Part shown: piece after piece, positions 46,041 through 59,290 of the stretch
Numbering within the stretch: position 1 is the stretch's first letter
Layout: each line of letters starts with the position of its first letter
Source: Macrostomum hystrix
Taxonomy: Eukaryota; Animalia; Platyhelminthes
NCBI GenBank assembly: GCA_950097015.1
Contig: CATNEN010000038.1
Location: forward strand, 35,154,001-35,218,000
Length of the DNA: 64,000 bases
Reading direction: 5' to 3'
Notes under the pieces: generated by a model
The model's database searches: none
What the model was told of the DNA's origin: nothing
What the model saw: only the letters and a program-made list of their open reading frames with translations
Made by a program: the position numbers and the translations under genes

Positions 46041-46689
46041 TTTTCGCCAAAAAATTAATTAGAACTTGTTTATCTTATCTTTACCAAATTCTCTCGGCCC
46101 TGTAATGTAAAGATAATAACTATTACACACAAATTATTTTTGCCAATTTAGCATGCATAGGCCTTGCCTTTAGTAAGTTCCAATTTAAAAAGTTCAAGAT
46201 TTAATATTTTTTACACTGCATTGAGCAAGCGGATTACAAAGGTTTTTCAAGTCATCTTATTCAAAAAATACATATTTCATCGCGTGACAAATAACACTTT
46301 TACTTTGAACTTAAAAACATATTACATTTTAAAACATATTAAAAGCAAAAAACTACAAAATAATTATTAAAATAATTCGTAGTTTTAGTCTAGTGATTTT
46401 TTAATTTTACTGTCGATTTTACTGACTGTTGGCTGACGCTCAGTCAGCTTTTTAATCTCTGCATGCTTGCGAAAGAGTCAGTCTGTTTCGAAGAATTTTT
46501 TATTTTGAATTGTGAGAGCGAAAAAACATTATGTAATGCGAATAGTTTTACATAATTTGACAAAATGGTAGTCAGGGTTTATAATATTTTTATCTGTTTT
46601 TTGTGAGTTTCTAAGCTTGCTAAATAAAGAACTTCAGTGTTTTAAAAACGCATGAACTTTTAAGCCATTTGTTAAAATTATTATCCTTT

Positions 46690-46904
46690 TCTTCTATTGG
46701 TTACTGTAGAAATCACGTGAATCGGATGAGCCAATAGTAAACGTAGCTACTGACTGCTATGCTTTTCTCAAAGCACTGAACGAAGGCCCCAACTAAAGGC
46801 TTGCATTGCCTATCTGTTTAACGTTCCTGTGTTCTGCATAGCCTCCATTGCGTCTAACGTCTGCATAGGACTCTACAGCCCATTGATTTCTATAGAAGCT
46901 AAAG
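46690..46904 (+). promoter_or_regulatory. Putative HMGB promoter and non-coding first exon
   Basis: ATTGG (inverted CCAAT), TCACGTGA E-box and GCCAAT within ~45 bp; strong donor AAG|GTAAGT at 46904/46905; acceptor TTTCAG at 47871, 21 nt before the ATG. Confidence 0.6.
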
Positions 46905-47362
46905 GTAAGTAATATTTTGCCAGATTTTTTAGTGTAAAGTTGTGATTTATAAAAATCACTTGCTAGTAGTCCATATAAACTTAAAACGCTGTATTTAGAG
47001 GCTGTCAATGGTTTGGTTCTTATTATTTCACACTTTCTTCCTCAATACATTTAGATAGAAGCACTATAACAAAATTTGAACTCGTATCTAAGTTCTCTGA
47101 AGATTTTCAGCCATGAGACCAAATTAAGGAAATAAATATTTTTTGGCAGAGATTATTAATAAATAAACGGGTGTAATATTGCGTTTTTATAATGCTTTTG
47201 CAAAAACATTAAAACAGCACTAACTGTTTACTGATTGATTAGATCAAAGCCGAAAAAAAATTCTTTTTTAGTCCAAAGCAGTAACCGTACTAAAGTACTG
47301 CTGATGACGACTGACTGATTTTTATATCGTAGTAAAGCTAGGCTTTAAACAAACCAATACTA

Positions 47363-47826
47363 CAGGGGTCGGCAAACTCCGGCCCGCGGGCCAGATGCGG
47401 CCCTCGAAGCTCCCAAATCCGGCCCGTTGCCTCTTCTAACATCTACAGTGTCCTGTTTCATCTCTCTCGTGTCTAATCTCTCCTGTGTCTCATCTCTCCC
47501 GTGTCTCATCTCTCCTGTGTCTCATCGCTCTCGTGTCTAATCTCTCCCGTCTCTCATCGCTCCCGTGTCCTATCTCTCCCGTGTCTTATCTCTCCCGTGT
47601 CTAATCTCTCCCGTCTCTCATCTCTCCCGTGTCTCATCTCTCCCGTGTCTAATCTCTCCCCTGTCTTATCTCTCCCGTCTCATCTCTCTCGTGTATCATC
47701 TTTCTGTGTCTCATCTCTCCCGTGTCTCATCTCTCCCCTATCTCATATTTATACAGTCAATGCGGCCCGCTGTCGTCTTTTAGGTTCTCTCTTTGGCCCG
47801 CCAGCAAATAAGTTTGCCTACCCCTG
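47363..47826 (+). mobile_element. Non-autonomous hAT (Buster/Charlie-type) MITE carrying an internal 16-bp minisatellite
   Basis: TIRs CAGGGGTCGGCAAACT / AGTTTGCCTACCCCTG; perfect 8-bp TSD CAATACTA (47355-47362 and 47827-47834) with central TA; subterminal GGCCC motifs. Confidence 0.93.
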
Positions 47827-47892
47827 CAATACTACTTCAATTAATAAAAAAATGATAAACTCTGATTTCAGTTTTATTGCCGCAACAACAAA

Positions 47893-48608
47893 ATGGTGAA
47901 AGACAAATCCAAGCCGAAGGGTGCTATGACTGCCTACGCCTGCTTCGTCCAGGTCATCAGGGAGGAGCACCGTAAGAAGCACCCGGATGAAACTGTTGTC
48001 TTCTCAGAGTTCTCCAAGAAGTGCGCCGAGAAATGGAAGACTATGAATCCTAAAGAGAAGAAACGCTTTGAAGACATGGCCGCCCGCGACAAGGAGCGCT
48101 TTAATCGCGAGATCGAAGACTACGTCCCAGCCGACGGTGGCAAAGTTCGCAAGCGCAAGCGCGTCAAGGATCCCAACATGCCCAAGCGTCCCCTGTCCGC
48201 CTTCTTCCTCTTCAGCGAAGAGGAGCGCCCGAAGGTTCGCGCCGCTAATCCTGACTGGCGAGTAAGCGAAGTAGCCAAAGAGCTTGGCAAGCGCTGGGAG
48301 GCCTGCAAAAATAGGCCAAAGTTTGAGCAGCAGGCTACTCGCGACAAGCAGCGCTATGAAGAGGTTTGTTGATCGTTAGTTCTTTTTAAATTTATGTAAA
48401 GTACACTATCAACTCGTCATCTTATTAGCAACAATTTAAATTTTGTCTTTCATTTCCAAAATCCTTCTAGGAGATGAAGCAGTACAAAGCTGGCACATTC
48501 ACTGGCAGCACAAAGCGAGCCAAACCGGCTGCAGTTAGCAACGGCGCCGGCGACGAAGACGATGAGGACGTCGACGATGAAGGCGATGAAGAAGAGGAGG
48601 ACGAGTAA
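47893..48608 (+). CDS. HMGB: High-mobility-group box protein B (two HMG boxes plus acidic tail), 202 aa
   Basis: Exons 47893-48363 and 48471-48608; KPKGAMTAYACFVQ..REEHRKKHP...FSEFSKKCAEKWKTM, KDPNMPKRPLSAFFLF, D/E-rich C-terminus. Confidence 0.96.
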
Positions 48609-49479
48609 ATAATTAGCCCCAGCTTCGGTGTTTAGCGCGCGTGTAAAGTTTAAATAAAAGATGTTAAAAAATAATACAAACACCAGATCTAAAGCCTCGA
48701 TCTACCGCGGCCGTGTTCAAAAGTTAAAAACTGTTTTTTTCTCTGTTCTCGGTGTTATTTTTTTAATTTTGTCTTGTGTTTTAATTTAAAACAAACTAAT
48801 CCAACTATCCTACTTATTGTTCTCAGCACCAGTAGCATGATGCGAATGTTGCTAGCTTTCTTGTTGTTCGTCAATTATTTCAAGTTAACCGTTTTTTCTA
48901 TATTTCAGCAGTTAAAGTTTTTTTCCCAGAAAGGTCTCCCATAAGTTTTTTGTTAATTAATAAAGAACGAAATTCGTGTTTCTATTATGTATTGCTTTTA
49001 GGGATACAGAGAACCATAGCGGTCCATTTGTAAGTATATTATCTAGTATCAGTCTAGAATGTCGGCTTCGTGGTTTTAGTAATGAATTTCTTGTGTTCTT
49101 TTAACAGCCTCTCAAATTATTGCTAGCTTATGTCCCCCAATCACCGATTGTGGTGTCAACTCGTTTACATCATCAGTAGCAAATACATAATTTCTTGTTA
49201 AGTGTTGTTGTAAACTGCGTGCATTGATTCAACTTATTTAGTGTTTTTACTTCAAATAAAACTGTACGTTATAATGCAGTGCTTGCGACTGGCCTGTACG
49301 TCACAATTCCTATCAGGAGATATTAGCACCCACATTGCAACTTGTGCGTGTGTCAATAAGCAGAAAATTCGTTTTTATGATTGCATTACATTTCTTTACC
49401 CAGTTAAGTAGCAATTTTAATCGCATTCATTTGAATGCATCTCATTCAATTAGATCCACCTCAATAGAGAGTTCACTCC

Positions 49480-50297
49480 ACTCCCCCAGGAGTCCACCCC
49501 AATCCCACTGGAGTCCTTCGACCCGATCCCACAGGCCAGTCCACCCCAATCCCAATGGAGTCCACCCCAATCCCTCAGGCCAGCCCAACCCAATCCCAAT
49601 GGAGTCCACCCTAATCCCAATGGAGTCCACCCCAATCCCTCTAGAGCCCACCCCAATCCCACTAGAGTCCATCCCAATCCCTCAGGCCAGCCCAACCCAA
49701 TCCCAATGGAGTCCACCCTAATCCCAATGGAGTCCACCCCAATCCCTCTAGAGCCCACCCCAATCCCACTAGAGTCCATCCCAATCCCTCAGGCCAGCCC
49801 ACCCCAATCCCAATGGAGTCCATCCCAATCCCACTGGAGTCCTTCGACCCGATCCCACAGGCCAGTCCACCCAAATCCCACTGCATGCAGTCCTTCCGAA
49901 TCTCACTGGAGTGCTTCCGAATCCCACTTGGATTCCTTCACGATCCCACTGGAGTCCTTCCCAATCCCACTGGCCAGTCCACCCCAATCCCTCTGGAGTC
50001 TACCCCAATCCCACTACTCGAGTCCTTCGACCCGATCCCACAGGCCAGTCCACCCCAATCCCAATGGAGTCCACCCCAATCCCTCAGGCCAGCCCAACCC
50101 AATCCCAATGGAGTCCACCCCAATCCCACTAGAGTCCATCCCAATCCCTCAGGCCAGCCCACCCCAATCCCAATGGAGTCCACCCCAATACCTCAGGCCA
50201 GTCCAACCCAATCCCAATGAAGTCCATCCCAATCCCTCAGGCCAGTCCAACCCAATCCCAATGAAGTCCATCCCAATCCCTCAGGCCAGTCCAGCCC
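49480..50297. repeat. C-rich ~21-bp minisatellite (CCAATCCCAMTGGAGTCCACC)
   Basis: Degenerate tandem units between HMGB and the Kazal gene. Confidence 0.9.
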
Positions 50298-50709
50298 AAA
50301 TATCTCATTGAATCTACTCCACTTTACAACGAGAAATCACCTTTATACGAGTGCAGTATTCGTGGCTGTGTATCTATGTCCTAATTGTTATAATTGTGAA
50401 AAAGATGAGTACGTAACAGATATTAATTCAAGAGGTACTGCATGCATAGTTGAAACGGGGTATCAAGCTAGGGAATCACGATGCCCTTGAGTGGTTAAAG
50501 ACGCCTTTTGGCCACCTGCGACATTCAATATACAAAAAGTTTTCATGAAAGCAGCTATATATTGTATAGGTAATTGTTTCAGACAGTGGCATCATCGTCT
50601 GCAACGTGCCGCGACAAATAATCATGAGTAGACTGTATTTAAACTCGATATACTCAGCAGGGCCCTACATAGGCCAATTAGTTAGCAGCAGCAAGTTGTC
50701 GCCAAAAGA

Positions 50710-51174
50710 ATGCACCACTTTGTTGTCTCCATCCTGACTGCGGCTGTCCTGGCCAAAGCGGTCAGTCTCGGAGCCAGCCTGTTGTACCAGCCGGAGCTGC
50801 TCACTCCGGTGCCGCAGTCTATGGCCCGGAGCCTGGCCCAGTCACAGTTGAACATCGACCTCCGTCATCGCCAGTCGGCTCTGCTGACGGAGCCGGAGGT
50901 CGAACGGGCCTGGCTGACAGCAAAGAGTGCCACCATGTTCGGGCCGATACAGACGTGCGCCTGGAAGGGCTCCGGGCTGCAGCCGCTGTCGTCAGGAGGC
51001 GACGCCGGACTTCAAACCGGCGACTGTAGTCTGGCGTCGCTGTGCCCGCACTGCAGCGGCCTGGAGCCAGTCTGTGCTGACGGTGTCGACTATGCCAACC
51101 CGTGTGCGGCTCTCTGTCAGGGCGCCAGCGTCATCCTGCCCGGACTGTGCTCAACTCCGCTGCTCGCCGACTAG
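50710..51174 (+). CDS. Small secreted protein with a C-terminal Kazal-type domain, single exon, 154 aa
   Basis: Signal peptide MHHFVVSILTAAVLAKAVSLG; C..C....PVC.DG.DY.N.C...C.........G.C Kazal signature; GC-rich coding composition. Confidence 0.82.
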   Translation: MHHFVVSILTAAVLAKAVSLGASLLYQPELLTPVPQSMARSLAQSQLNIDLRHRQSALLTEPEVERAWLTAKSATMFGPIQTCAWKGSGLQPLSSGGDAGLQTGDCSLASLCPHCSGLEPVCADGVDYANPCAALCQGASVILPGLCSTPLLAD

Positions 51175-51247
51175 CGGTTGCATCAGCTAGGGCCATTATG
51201 CTTAGAATTTACCTGTATAGAAATTAAATACCATGCGATGATCATAA

Positions 51248-51713
51248 AGAGATGAGAGAGATGAGACACAGGAGAGATTAGACACGGGAGAGATAAGACA
51301 TGGCAGAGATTAGACACGGGAGAGATAAGACATGGCAGAGATAAGATACGGGAGAGATGAGACATAGCAGAGATAAGATACGGGAGAGATGAGACATGGC
51401 AGAGATAAGATACGGGAGAGATGAGACATGGCAGAGATAAGATACGGGAGAGATGAGACATGGCGGAGATAAGATACGGGAGAGATAAGACACGGGAGAG
51501 ATTAGACACGGGAGAGATTAGACACGGGAGAGATTAGACACGGGAGAGATGAGACGCGGGAGAGATGAGACACGGGAGAGATTAGACACGGGAGAGATTA
51601 GACACGGGAGAGATGAGACGCGGGAGAGATGAGACACGGGAGAGATAAGACACGGGCCGGATTTGGGAGCTTGGAGGGCCGCATCTGGCTCGCGGGCCGG
51701 AGTTTGCTTACCC
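51248..51713 (-). mobile_element. Truncated second copy of the minisatellite-bearing hAT MITE
   Basis: 51652-51713 is the reverse complement of the MITE left end, directly abutting the 16-bp array; the other end is not recognisable. Confidence 0.85.
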
Positions 51714-52263
51714 AGAGGCCTCTAATTGAAAGAAAAGTTTTTTTAACAAAATCTGATAACTGTACATGTATTGTTGCGCCTCGGGTGATTAGCTTCTCAC
51801 GAACTTCACTTTATCTAATCTGCTGTCGTGATTAGCTAGACACCTCAATTCTATACGTATTTTTCGTATAGCCTTTTGGTGTGTCGGTTTCATTTTTTTT
51901 TTATTGTTGCTTTTTTAAAGAAAGAAGACAGGTGTGTTGCCTCTCATACAGTATACATTTTTGCATTGTGTTCTGATATTGATCAATGAAATAATTATAC
52001 TTTTTTTTAAAAGCCTATAACTAGTTTACTTACTGATGAACAGAGTCATGTATTAATAAAACTAACTGTACGAGTTAGTTTAGAAATTCTTTAAATTTCA
52101 AGAATAATAAATAAAAAAACAGTTTTTGCATTCACGCACGAAAGTGAAATAAAAATAACGCTATTAATATAACGATCATATAATTAGACCGATTAATAAG
52201 CCGTCTGCTCTATAACCAAACGCATAGATTGTTAAATAATGCTTTTAAGAAAGAGTTTAAATA

Positions 52264-52672
52264 GAGATACCTGCTAGATATAGATACCTGCTAGATATAG
52301 ATACCTGCTAGATATAGATACCTGCTAGATATAGATACCTGCTAGATATAGATACCTGCTAGATATAGATACCTGCTAGATATAGATACCTGCTAGATAT
52401 AGATACCTGCTAGATATAGATACCTGCTAGATATAGATACCTGCTAGATATAGATACCTGCTAGATATAGATACCTGCTAGATATAGATACCTGCTAGAT
52501 ATAGATGCCTGTTTAGATAGACACAGCTTTTATGTACGGATACCTGTTAGATAGACACAGCTTTTGGGTACGGATACCTGTTAGATAGACACAGCTTTTT
52601 TGTACAGATACCTGTTAGATAGACACAGCTTTTAGGAACAGATAACTGTTAGATACAGACACCTGTTAGATA
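52264..52672. repeat. 17-bp minisatellite (GATACCTGCTAGATATA) grading into longer derived units
   Basis: About 14 perfect units, then degenerate units. Confidence 0.95.
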
Positions 52673-54002
52673 ATGATATAAACGGCTTAGTTATAAAGGT
52701 CGAGGTTAGTAAATAAGCTTTAGTTTATATCACGCACTCAATAGGTGATAAATGAGACTATATGTATTACAAGTATGTAAAAGAGCGTCATTTACTTACT
52801 ATTTAATTAACTATCATTGTTATATATTTAGATTTTCAGTACTTGTCGTGCCGCTCAGGTCGACCTGTGAGTGCATGGGCACTTAATTGGCGTCTATAAT
52901 TAGGGGCGATACAACTAAGAGAATCAAAGGTCATGACCATAATCAGTTAGTTTAAGATATTTTTGTAGGCGTTTCGCGGCATGAATCAAAGCCGTGCCAA
53001 TATATCGTTCTTAAACAGTAGAAAAACCACTGGGCTATTTTCAATAGCAACATTTTTCTTTTCTCGGTATCTCCTAAAATATTCAAGCTTTCTTTCATGG
53101 TCTTTTTACAGGTTCTGGATCAGATCTTCCTTTATTGATAAGGGTATGGTAATCAATTATTATAATTATTCGTATTATTATATGGAGACAATACACGGAA
53201 ACTTGTATAAACCTGGCTTAATTCTGAACAATGCAATTCAGAATTGTCACACAAGGTCCATTGGTATAATACTAGTAAGTTAAATTTAATACTTTAAACA
53301 TCGACAGACTACTGATGGCAATTTTCTAAGTAGTATATTTTTTGTTCTAATTCGCGATCGACATATTTTGCGCCGTAAACAGACTTGTTAAATAAGCCAC
53401 AATTGCAAAAAACTCTTACTTGATTAACAGACTTATACTTCATAATAATTACTTGATCTTCTTTTTCAAGCAAGGCTGCGGCTCTCACTTGGGTCCTTTT
53501 CGATTCAGTCTATCATGTAAATCTGGTCTCTATAAGTCGGGGACTGGACATGCAATCGTATCGAAATTCCCCCTGTCAAAAACTTCAAAGCTCGCTGCAT
53601 CTACTCCACATCAAAGTTACGGACAGACAATTTCAACGGTTGGGCTAAAATAGGATTCGAACTGATTGAGACTTTTAATTGGTCCTTAATCTCAAACGGT
53701 CCTAAAAATCTCAAAAAACGATACTAGTAAAGTGGCTGCATGTGATCTTATTGATTTGAGAGCAGATTAACAATCTGTAATTAGCTATTAGTTCTTGGAT
53801 TGCACATTCTTACACAGGCGTGCTAGAATTTTGTCTGTCGGTTTTAATTCACTGATCGGCACAATGTCACGCCTCAACTCAAACTGCTTTAGAACCACTA
53901 ATCACTAATTAACTATAGAAACTATAGTTAGAGAAAAATTTAATTAGGATCGACGCAATTTAGGTTTTTTTAAACATTTGTTTAACAGTCGACCCATCTG
54001 GT

Positions 54003-54132
54003 CCTTGGAGGTTGGCCCTCAAGGGTGCCAATTGCACCAAAACCCACGAAGCCTTCCTTCTGTTCGCGATTGCAGCCCCAAACGAATGTCGCTCGCAGCG
54101 GAATCGAGCTCAGGGACCTTGGTGCGAGAGTC
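54003..54132 (-). mobile_element. 5' fragment of SINE family 1, ~190 bp upstream of the mGluR ATG
   Basis: Reverse complement of the B-box head through GAGGGCCAACCTCCAAGG. Confidence 0.8.
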
Positions 54133-54318
54133 CCTCCGATCTACGTGTGTGTTGCTCATCAAAACCGATCAATGTACAATTGTCCAGAGTAGAGTTTGAG
54201 CTCTGAAGCTGATTGGTTGCTGCCAAACAAGTGGGGCAGTGGATATAAGTTGAGGCAGCTATAGTGCTCAATTATTAGAAATCCGGTTCCACAGTTAAGC
54301 CATCGCAGCAGTCCAGCC

Positions 54319-54843
54319 ATGCTTGCCTCAATCCTAGCGCTAGGGGCCTCTATATCATGTTGCCTTGGCAACCGAATAGGCATTCTCAACGGCCAAACTA
54401 AGCTCAGCCTGCCTGGGGACATTGTCCTCGGCGGGTTGTTTCCAATTCACGAGAAGGGCCAAACTAGAGAGGCCAACCAGTGCGGCCAGATTGGCGAGAA
54501 CCGCGGCATTCAGCGCATGGAGGCCATGGTCTACGCTCTGGCCAGGATCAATGCTGATCCCGGCCTCCTGCCGCGGATTCGTCTGGGCGCCAAACTGTTG
54601 GACACCTGCTCCAGGGATACTTACGCCCTTGAGCAGAGCATGGACTTTGTCACGGATCATCTGAGCACACTGGATGCCGCCTATGACTATAGGTGCGCCT
54701 TGGAGAACATTGGTGGCAGCGGCGGCGGCGGCGGTGCTTCGGCGACAGCCAAGAGGAAGGGCCGTCAGCCAGTGGCAGGAGTTATAGGTGCTGCTGATTC
54801 CTCCGTCAGCATCATGATTGCTAACATTCTGCGACTATTTAAG
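54319..54843 (+). CDS. Metabotropic glutamate receptor, first coding exon (gene continues beyond the window)
   Basis: Signal peptide; [75 protein letters not shown]|GTGAGC. The expected next exon (IPQISYAST) was not found before 64000. Confidence 0.93.
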
Positions 54844-54880
54844 GTGAGCACATAGCTATCAGGTAAGGGTAATTACTCGC

Positions 54881-56135
54881 CAAGCTTGTGCAGCTTGATC
54901 ATCGATGCTTGTGCAGCTTGATCATCGATGCTTGAGTAGCTTGATCATCGATGCTTGAGTAGCTTGATCATCGATGCTTGAGTAGCTTGATCATCGATGC
55001 TTGAGTAGCTTGATCATCGATGCTTGAGTAGCTTGATCATCGATGCTTGAGTAGCTTGATCATCGATGCTTGAGTAGCTTGATCATCGATGCTTGAGTAG
55101 CTTGATCATTGATGCTTGTGTAGCTTGATCATCGATGCTTGAGTAGCTTGATCATCGATGCTTGAGTAGCTTGATCATTGATGCTTGTGTAGCTTGATCA
55201 TCGATGCTTGAGTAGCTTGATCATCGATGCTTGAGTAGCTTGATCATCGATGCTTGAGTAGCTTGATCATCGATGCTTGTGTAGCTTGATCATCGATGCT
55301 TGAGTAGCTTGATCATCGATGCTTGAGTAGCTTGATCATTGATGCTTGTGCAGCTTGATCATCGATGCTTGTGTAGCTTGATCATCGATGCTTGTGTAGC
55401 TTAATCATCGATGCTTGAGTAGCTTGATCATCGATGCTTGAGTAGCTTGATCATCGATGCTTGAGTAGCTTGATCATCGATGCTTGTGTAGCTTAATCAT
55501 CGATGCTTGAGTAGCTTGATCATCGATGCTTGAGTAGCTTGATCATCGATGCTTGAGTAGCTTGATCATCGATGCTTGAGTAGCTTGATCATCGATGCTT
55601 GAGTAGCTTGATCATCGATGCTTGAGTAGCTTGATCATCGATGCTTGAGTAGCTTGATCATTGATGCTTGTGTAGCTTGATCATTGATGCTTGAGTAGCT
55701 TGATCATCGATGCTTGAGTAGCTTGATCATCGATGCTTGTGTAGCTTGATCATCGATGCTTGAGTAGCTTGATCATCGATGCTTGAGTAGCTTGATCATT
55801 GATGCTTGTGTAGCTTGATCATCGATGCTTGAGTAGCTTGATCATCGATGCTTGAGTAGCTTGATCATTGATGCTTGTGTAGCTTGATCATCGATGCTTG
55901 AGTAGCTTGATCATCGATGCTTGAGTAGCTTGATCATCCATGCTTGTGTAGCTTGATCATCCATGCTTGTGTAGCTTGATCATCGATGCTTGAGTAGCTT
56001 GATCATTGATGCTTGTGTAGCTTGATCATCGATGCTTGAGTAGCTTGATCATCGATGCTTGTGTAGCTTGATCATCGATGCTTGTGTAGCTTGATCATCG
56101 ATGCTTGTGTAGCTTGATCATCGATGCTTGAGCAT
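54881..56135. repeat. 23-bp quasi-palindromic minisatellite (AGCTTGATCATCGATGCTTGAGT)
   Basis: About 54 units starting ~37 nt after the mGluR donor. Confidence 0.97.
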
Positions 56136-56229
56136 CTATTCAGTCCACTGAGGGCTGGTACACTGCCGCAAATTTCTACCCTATCTGGCATCCATTTTAT
56201 TCCTGACTAACTTGAAGCCCTTTTGAATT

Positions 56230-56318
56230 AGTTGTCTGGCTCAAGGAAACAATTATCCGAGATTCGAACCCCCGACCTCCCGACAAGAAGTCCTGGGCTT
56301 ACGACCCACTGCAGCTAC
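56230..56318 (-). mobile_element. tRNA/CORE-SINE remnant
   Basis: Minus strand GTAGCTGCAGTGGG...GGTCGGGGGTTCGAATCTC...TGTTTCCTTGAGCCAGAC. Confidence 0.6.
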
Positions 56319-57031
56319 ACTCTGAAATGGCAGAATATAAGCTTGACGAGTCCCAGAACAGTAGGATTGAATTACAATGTCTCCTCATTAGCAATTAAAT
56401 TGATAAGCTCGCGAATAAAATTGCTAATCAGTCAAGAAATTTGATATCTGACTGAGCGGGAAGATAACCCACTGCATAGAAAGCCAGCGATAATTTGTGA
56501 TAACCACCTGAAAAGAGAAGCATCATTAAAATTACAGTGCTTTTACTAGCTCACTAGTCCTTCGTGTTTACTCAAACTGTGGCAGGGAATTTGTCGAATA
56601 AATAAAATGGAAACACAATTAACGCGCCGCGAAAAAAGGGAAATTTGTGCCAGGGATAAATTTTGGTTGCTAAGACCAGCTTAGGTCCCAAGTAACCGGA
56701 AGTGAAGGGCAAGGGAGCAGACACAGCCGTATTGATTGTAAGACTTTGATAGTGTTTCTGTTAGTTTATTCTCTTTTAAACCGGCAGCATTGGTGTCACT
56801 AAATACCCTATTGATATTGATTGGTCTCTGTAGTTGCTTTTGATTTTAATTCTTACCTGCGCCGGGTGGCGAGGTGGTCGCCATCAGTCGAGGCCTAGGA
56901 CACGAAGCTATTTTTTGCTAGGAGCACGAATGCTCGACCGACTCTGACAGGCTGGCCGAAATGGAACCGCTGAACTCTTTGTGAATTAGTGTCTGCGTAA
57001 AATATAGGCTGCTTAATGAGACGGCTGAAAA

Positions 57032-59290
57032 CAGGGATTGGGAAGAGGGATCTAAAATGAGGGATCTGGAAGAGAGATTGGGAAGAGGCATTGGGAAGAA
57101 GGATTGGCAAAAGAGGGATTGGGAAGAGAAATTAGGAAGAGGGATTGGGAAGAGGGATTGGGAAGAGGGATTGGGAAGAGGGATTGGGAAGAGGGATTGG
57201 GAAGAGGGATTGGGAAGAGGGATTGGGAACGGGGATTGGGAAGAGAGATTGGGAAGAGGGATTGGGAAGAGGGATCGGGAAGAGGGATTGGGAAGAGGGA
57301 TTAGGAAGAGGGATTGGGAAGAGGGATTGGGAAGAGGGATTGGGAAGAGGGATTGGGAAGAGGAATTGGGAAGAGGGATTGGGAAGAGGGATTGGGAACG
57401 GGGATTGGGAAGAGAGATTGGGAAGAGGGATTGGGAAGAGGGATTGGGTAGAAGGATTGGGTAGAAGGATTGGCAAAAGAGGGATTGGGAAGAGAAATTA
57501 GGAAGAGGGATTGGGAAGAGGGATTGGGAACGGGGATTGGGAAGAGGGATTGGGAAGAGGGATTGGGTAGAAGGATTGGCAAAAGAGGGATTGGGAAGAG
57601 AAATTAGGAAGAGGGATTGGGAAGAGGGATTGGGAAGAGGGATTGGGAAGAGGGATTGGGAAGAGGGATTGGGAAGAGGGATTGGGAAGAGGGATTGGGA
57701 ACGGGGATTGGGAAGAGAGATTGGGAAGAGGGATTGGGAAGAGGGATCGGGAAGAGGGATTGGGAAGAGGGATTAGGAAGAGGGATTGGGAAGAGGGATT
57801 GGGAAGAGGGATTGGGAAGAGGGATTGGGAAGAGGGATTGGGTAGAAGGATTGGCAAAAGAGGGATTGGGAAGAGGGATTGGGAAGAGGGATTGGGAAGA
57901 GGGATTGGGTAGAAGGATTGGCAAAAGAGGGATTGGGAAGAGAAATTAGGAAGAGGGATTGGGAAGAGGGATTGGGAAGAGGGATTGGGAAGAGGGATTG
58001 GGAAGAGGGATTGGGAAGAGGGATTGGGAAGAGGGATTGGGAAGAGGGATTGGGAAGAGGGATTGGGAAGAGGGATTGGGAACGGGGATTGGGAAGAGAG
58101 ATTGGGAAGAGGGATTGGGAAGAGGGATCGGGAAGAGGGATTGGGAAGAGGGATTAGGAAGAGGGATTGGGAAGAGGGATTGGGAAGAGGGATTAGGAAG
58201 GGAGATTGGGAAGAGGGATTGGGAAGAGGGATCTAAAATGAGGGATCTGGAAGAGGCATTAGGAAGAAGGATTGGCAAAAGAGGGATTGGGAAGAGAAAT
58301 TAGGAAGAGGGATTAGGAAGAGAGATTGGGAAGAGGGATTGGGAAGAGGGATTAGGAAGAGAGATTGGGAAGAGGGATTGGGAAGAGGGATTGGGAAGAG
58401 GGATTGGGAAGAGGGATTGGGAAGAGGGATTGGGAAGAGGGATTGGAAACGGGGATTGGGAAGAGGGATTGGGAAGAGGGATTGGGAAGAGGGATTGGGA
58501 AGAGGGATTAGGAAGAGAGATTGGGAAGAGGGATTGGGAAGAGGGATTGGGAAGAGGGATTGGGAAGAGGGATTGGGAAGAGGGATTGGGAAGAGGGATT
58601 GGAAACGGGGATTGGGAAGAGGGATCGGGAAGAGGGATTGGGAAGAGGCATTGGGAAGAAGGATCGGCAAAAGAGGGATTGGGAAGAGGGATTGGGAAGA
58701 GGGATTGGGAAGAGGGATCGGGAAGAGGGATTGGGAAGAGGCATTGGGAAGAAGGATCGGCAAAAGAGGGATTGGGAAGAGGGATTGGGAAGAGGGATTG
58801 GGAAGAGGGATCGGGAAGAGGGATTGGGAAGAGGCATTGGGAAGAAGGATCGGCAAAAGAGGGATTGGGAAGAGGGATTGGGAAGAGGGATTGGGAAGAG
58901 GGATTGGGAAGAAGGATCGGCAAAAGAGGGATTGGGAAGAGGGATTGGGAAGAGGGATTGGGAAGAGGGATCGGGAAGAGGGATTGGGAAGAGGCATTGG
59001 GAAGAAGGATCGGCAAAAGAGGGATTGGGAAGAGGGATTGGGAAGAGGGATTGGGAAGAGGGATTGGGAAGAGGGATTGGGAAGAGGGATCGGGAAGAGG
59101 GATTGGGAAGAGGCATTGGGAAGAAGGATCGGCAAAAGAGGGATTGGGAAGAGGGATTGGGAAGAGGGATTGGGAAGAGGGATTAGGAAGAGGGATTTGG
59201 GAAGATAGATTTGCGAAGAGGGATTTTAGAAAAGGGATCTGAGAAGCCGGATAGGGAAAGGGGATCTGTTTGGAAAGGGGATTGGGAAGA
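57032..59290. repeat. 13-bp G-rich minisatellite (GGGATTGGGAAGA)
   Basis: About 170 units in mGluR intron 1. Confidence 0.97.

Noticed and set aside
57057-59242. ORFs reading GIGKRDWEEGLGR that resemble an amidated neuropeptide precursor (G-KR sites)
   Set aside because: Automatic translation of a 13-bp repeat that gives the same peptide in all three frames; no signal peptide; lies in an intron.
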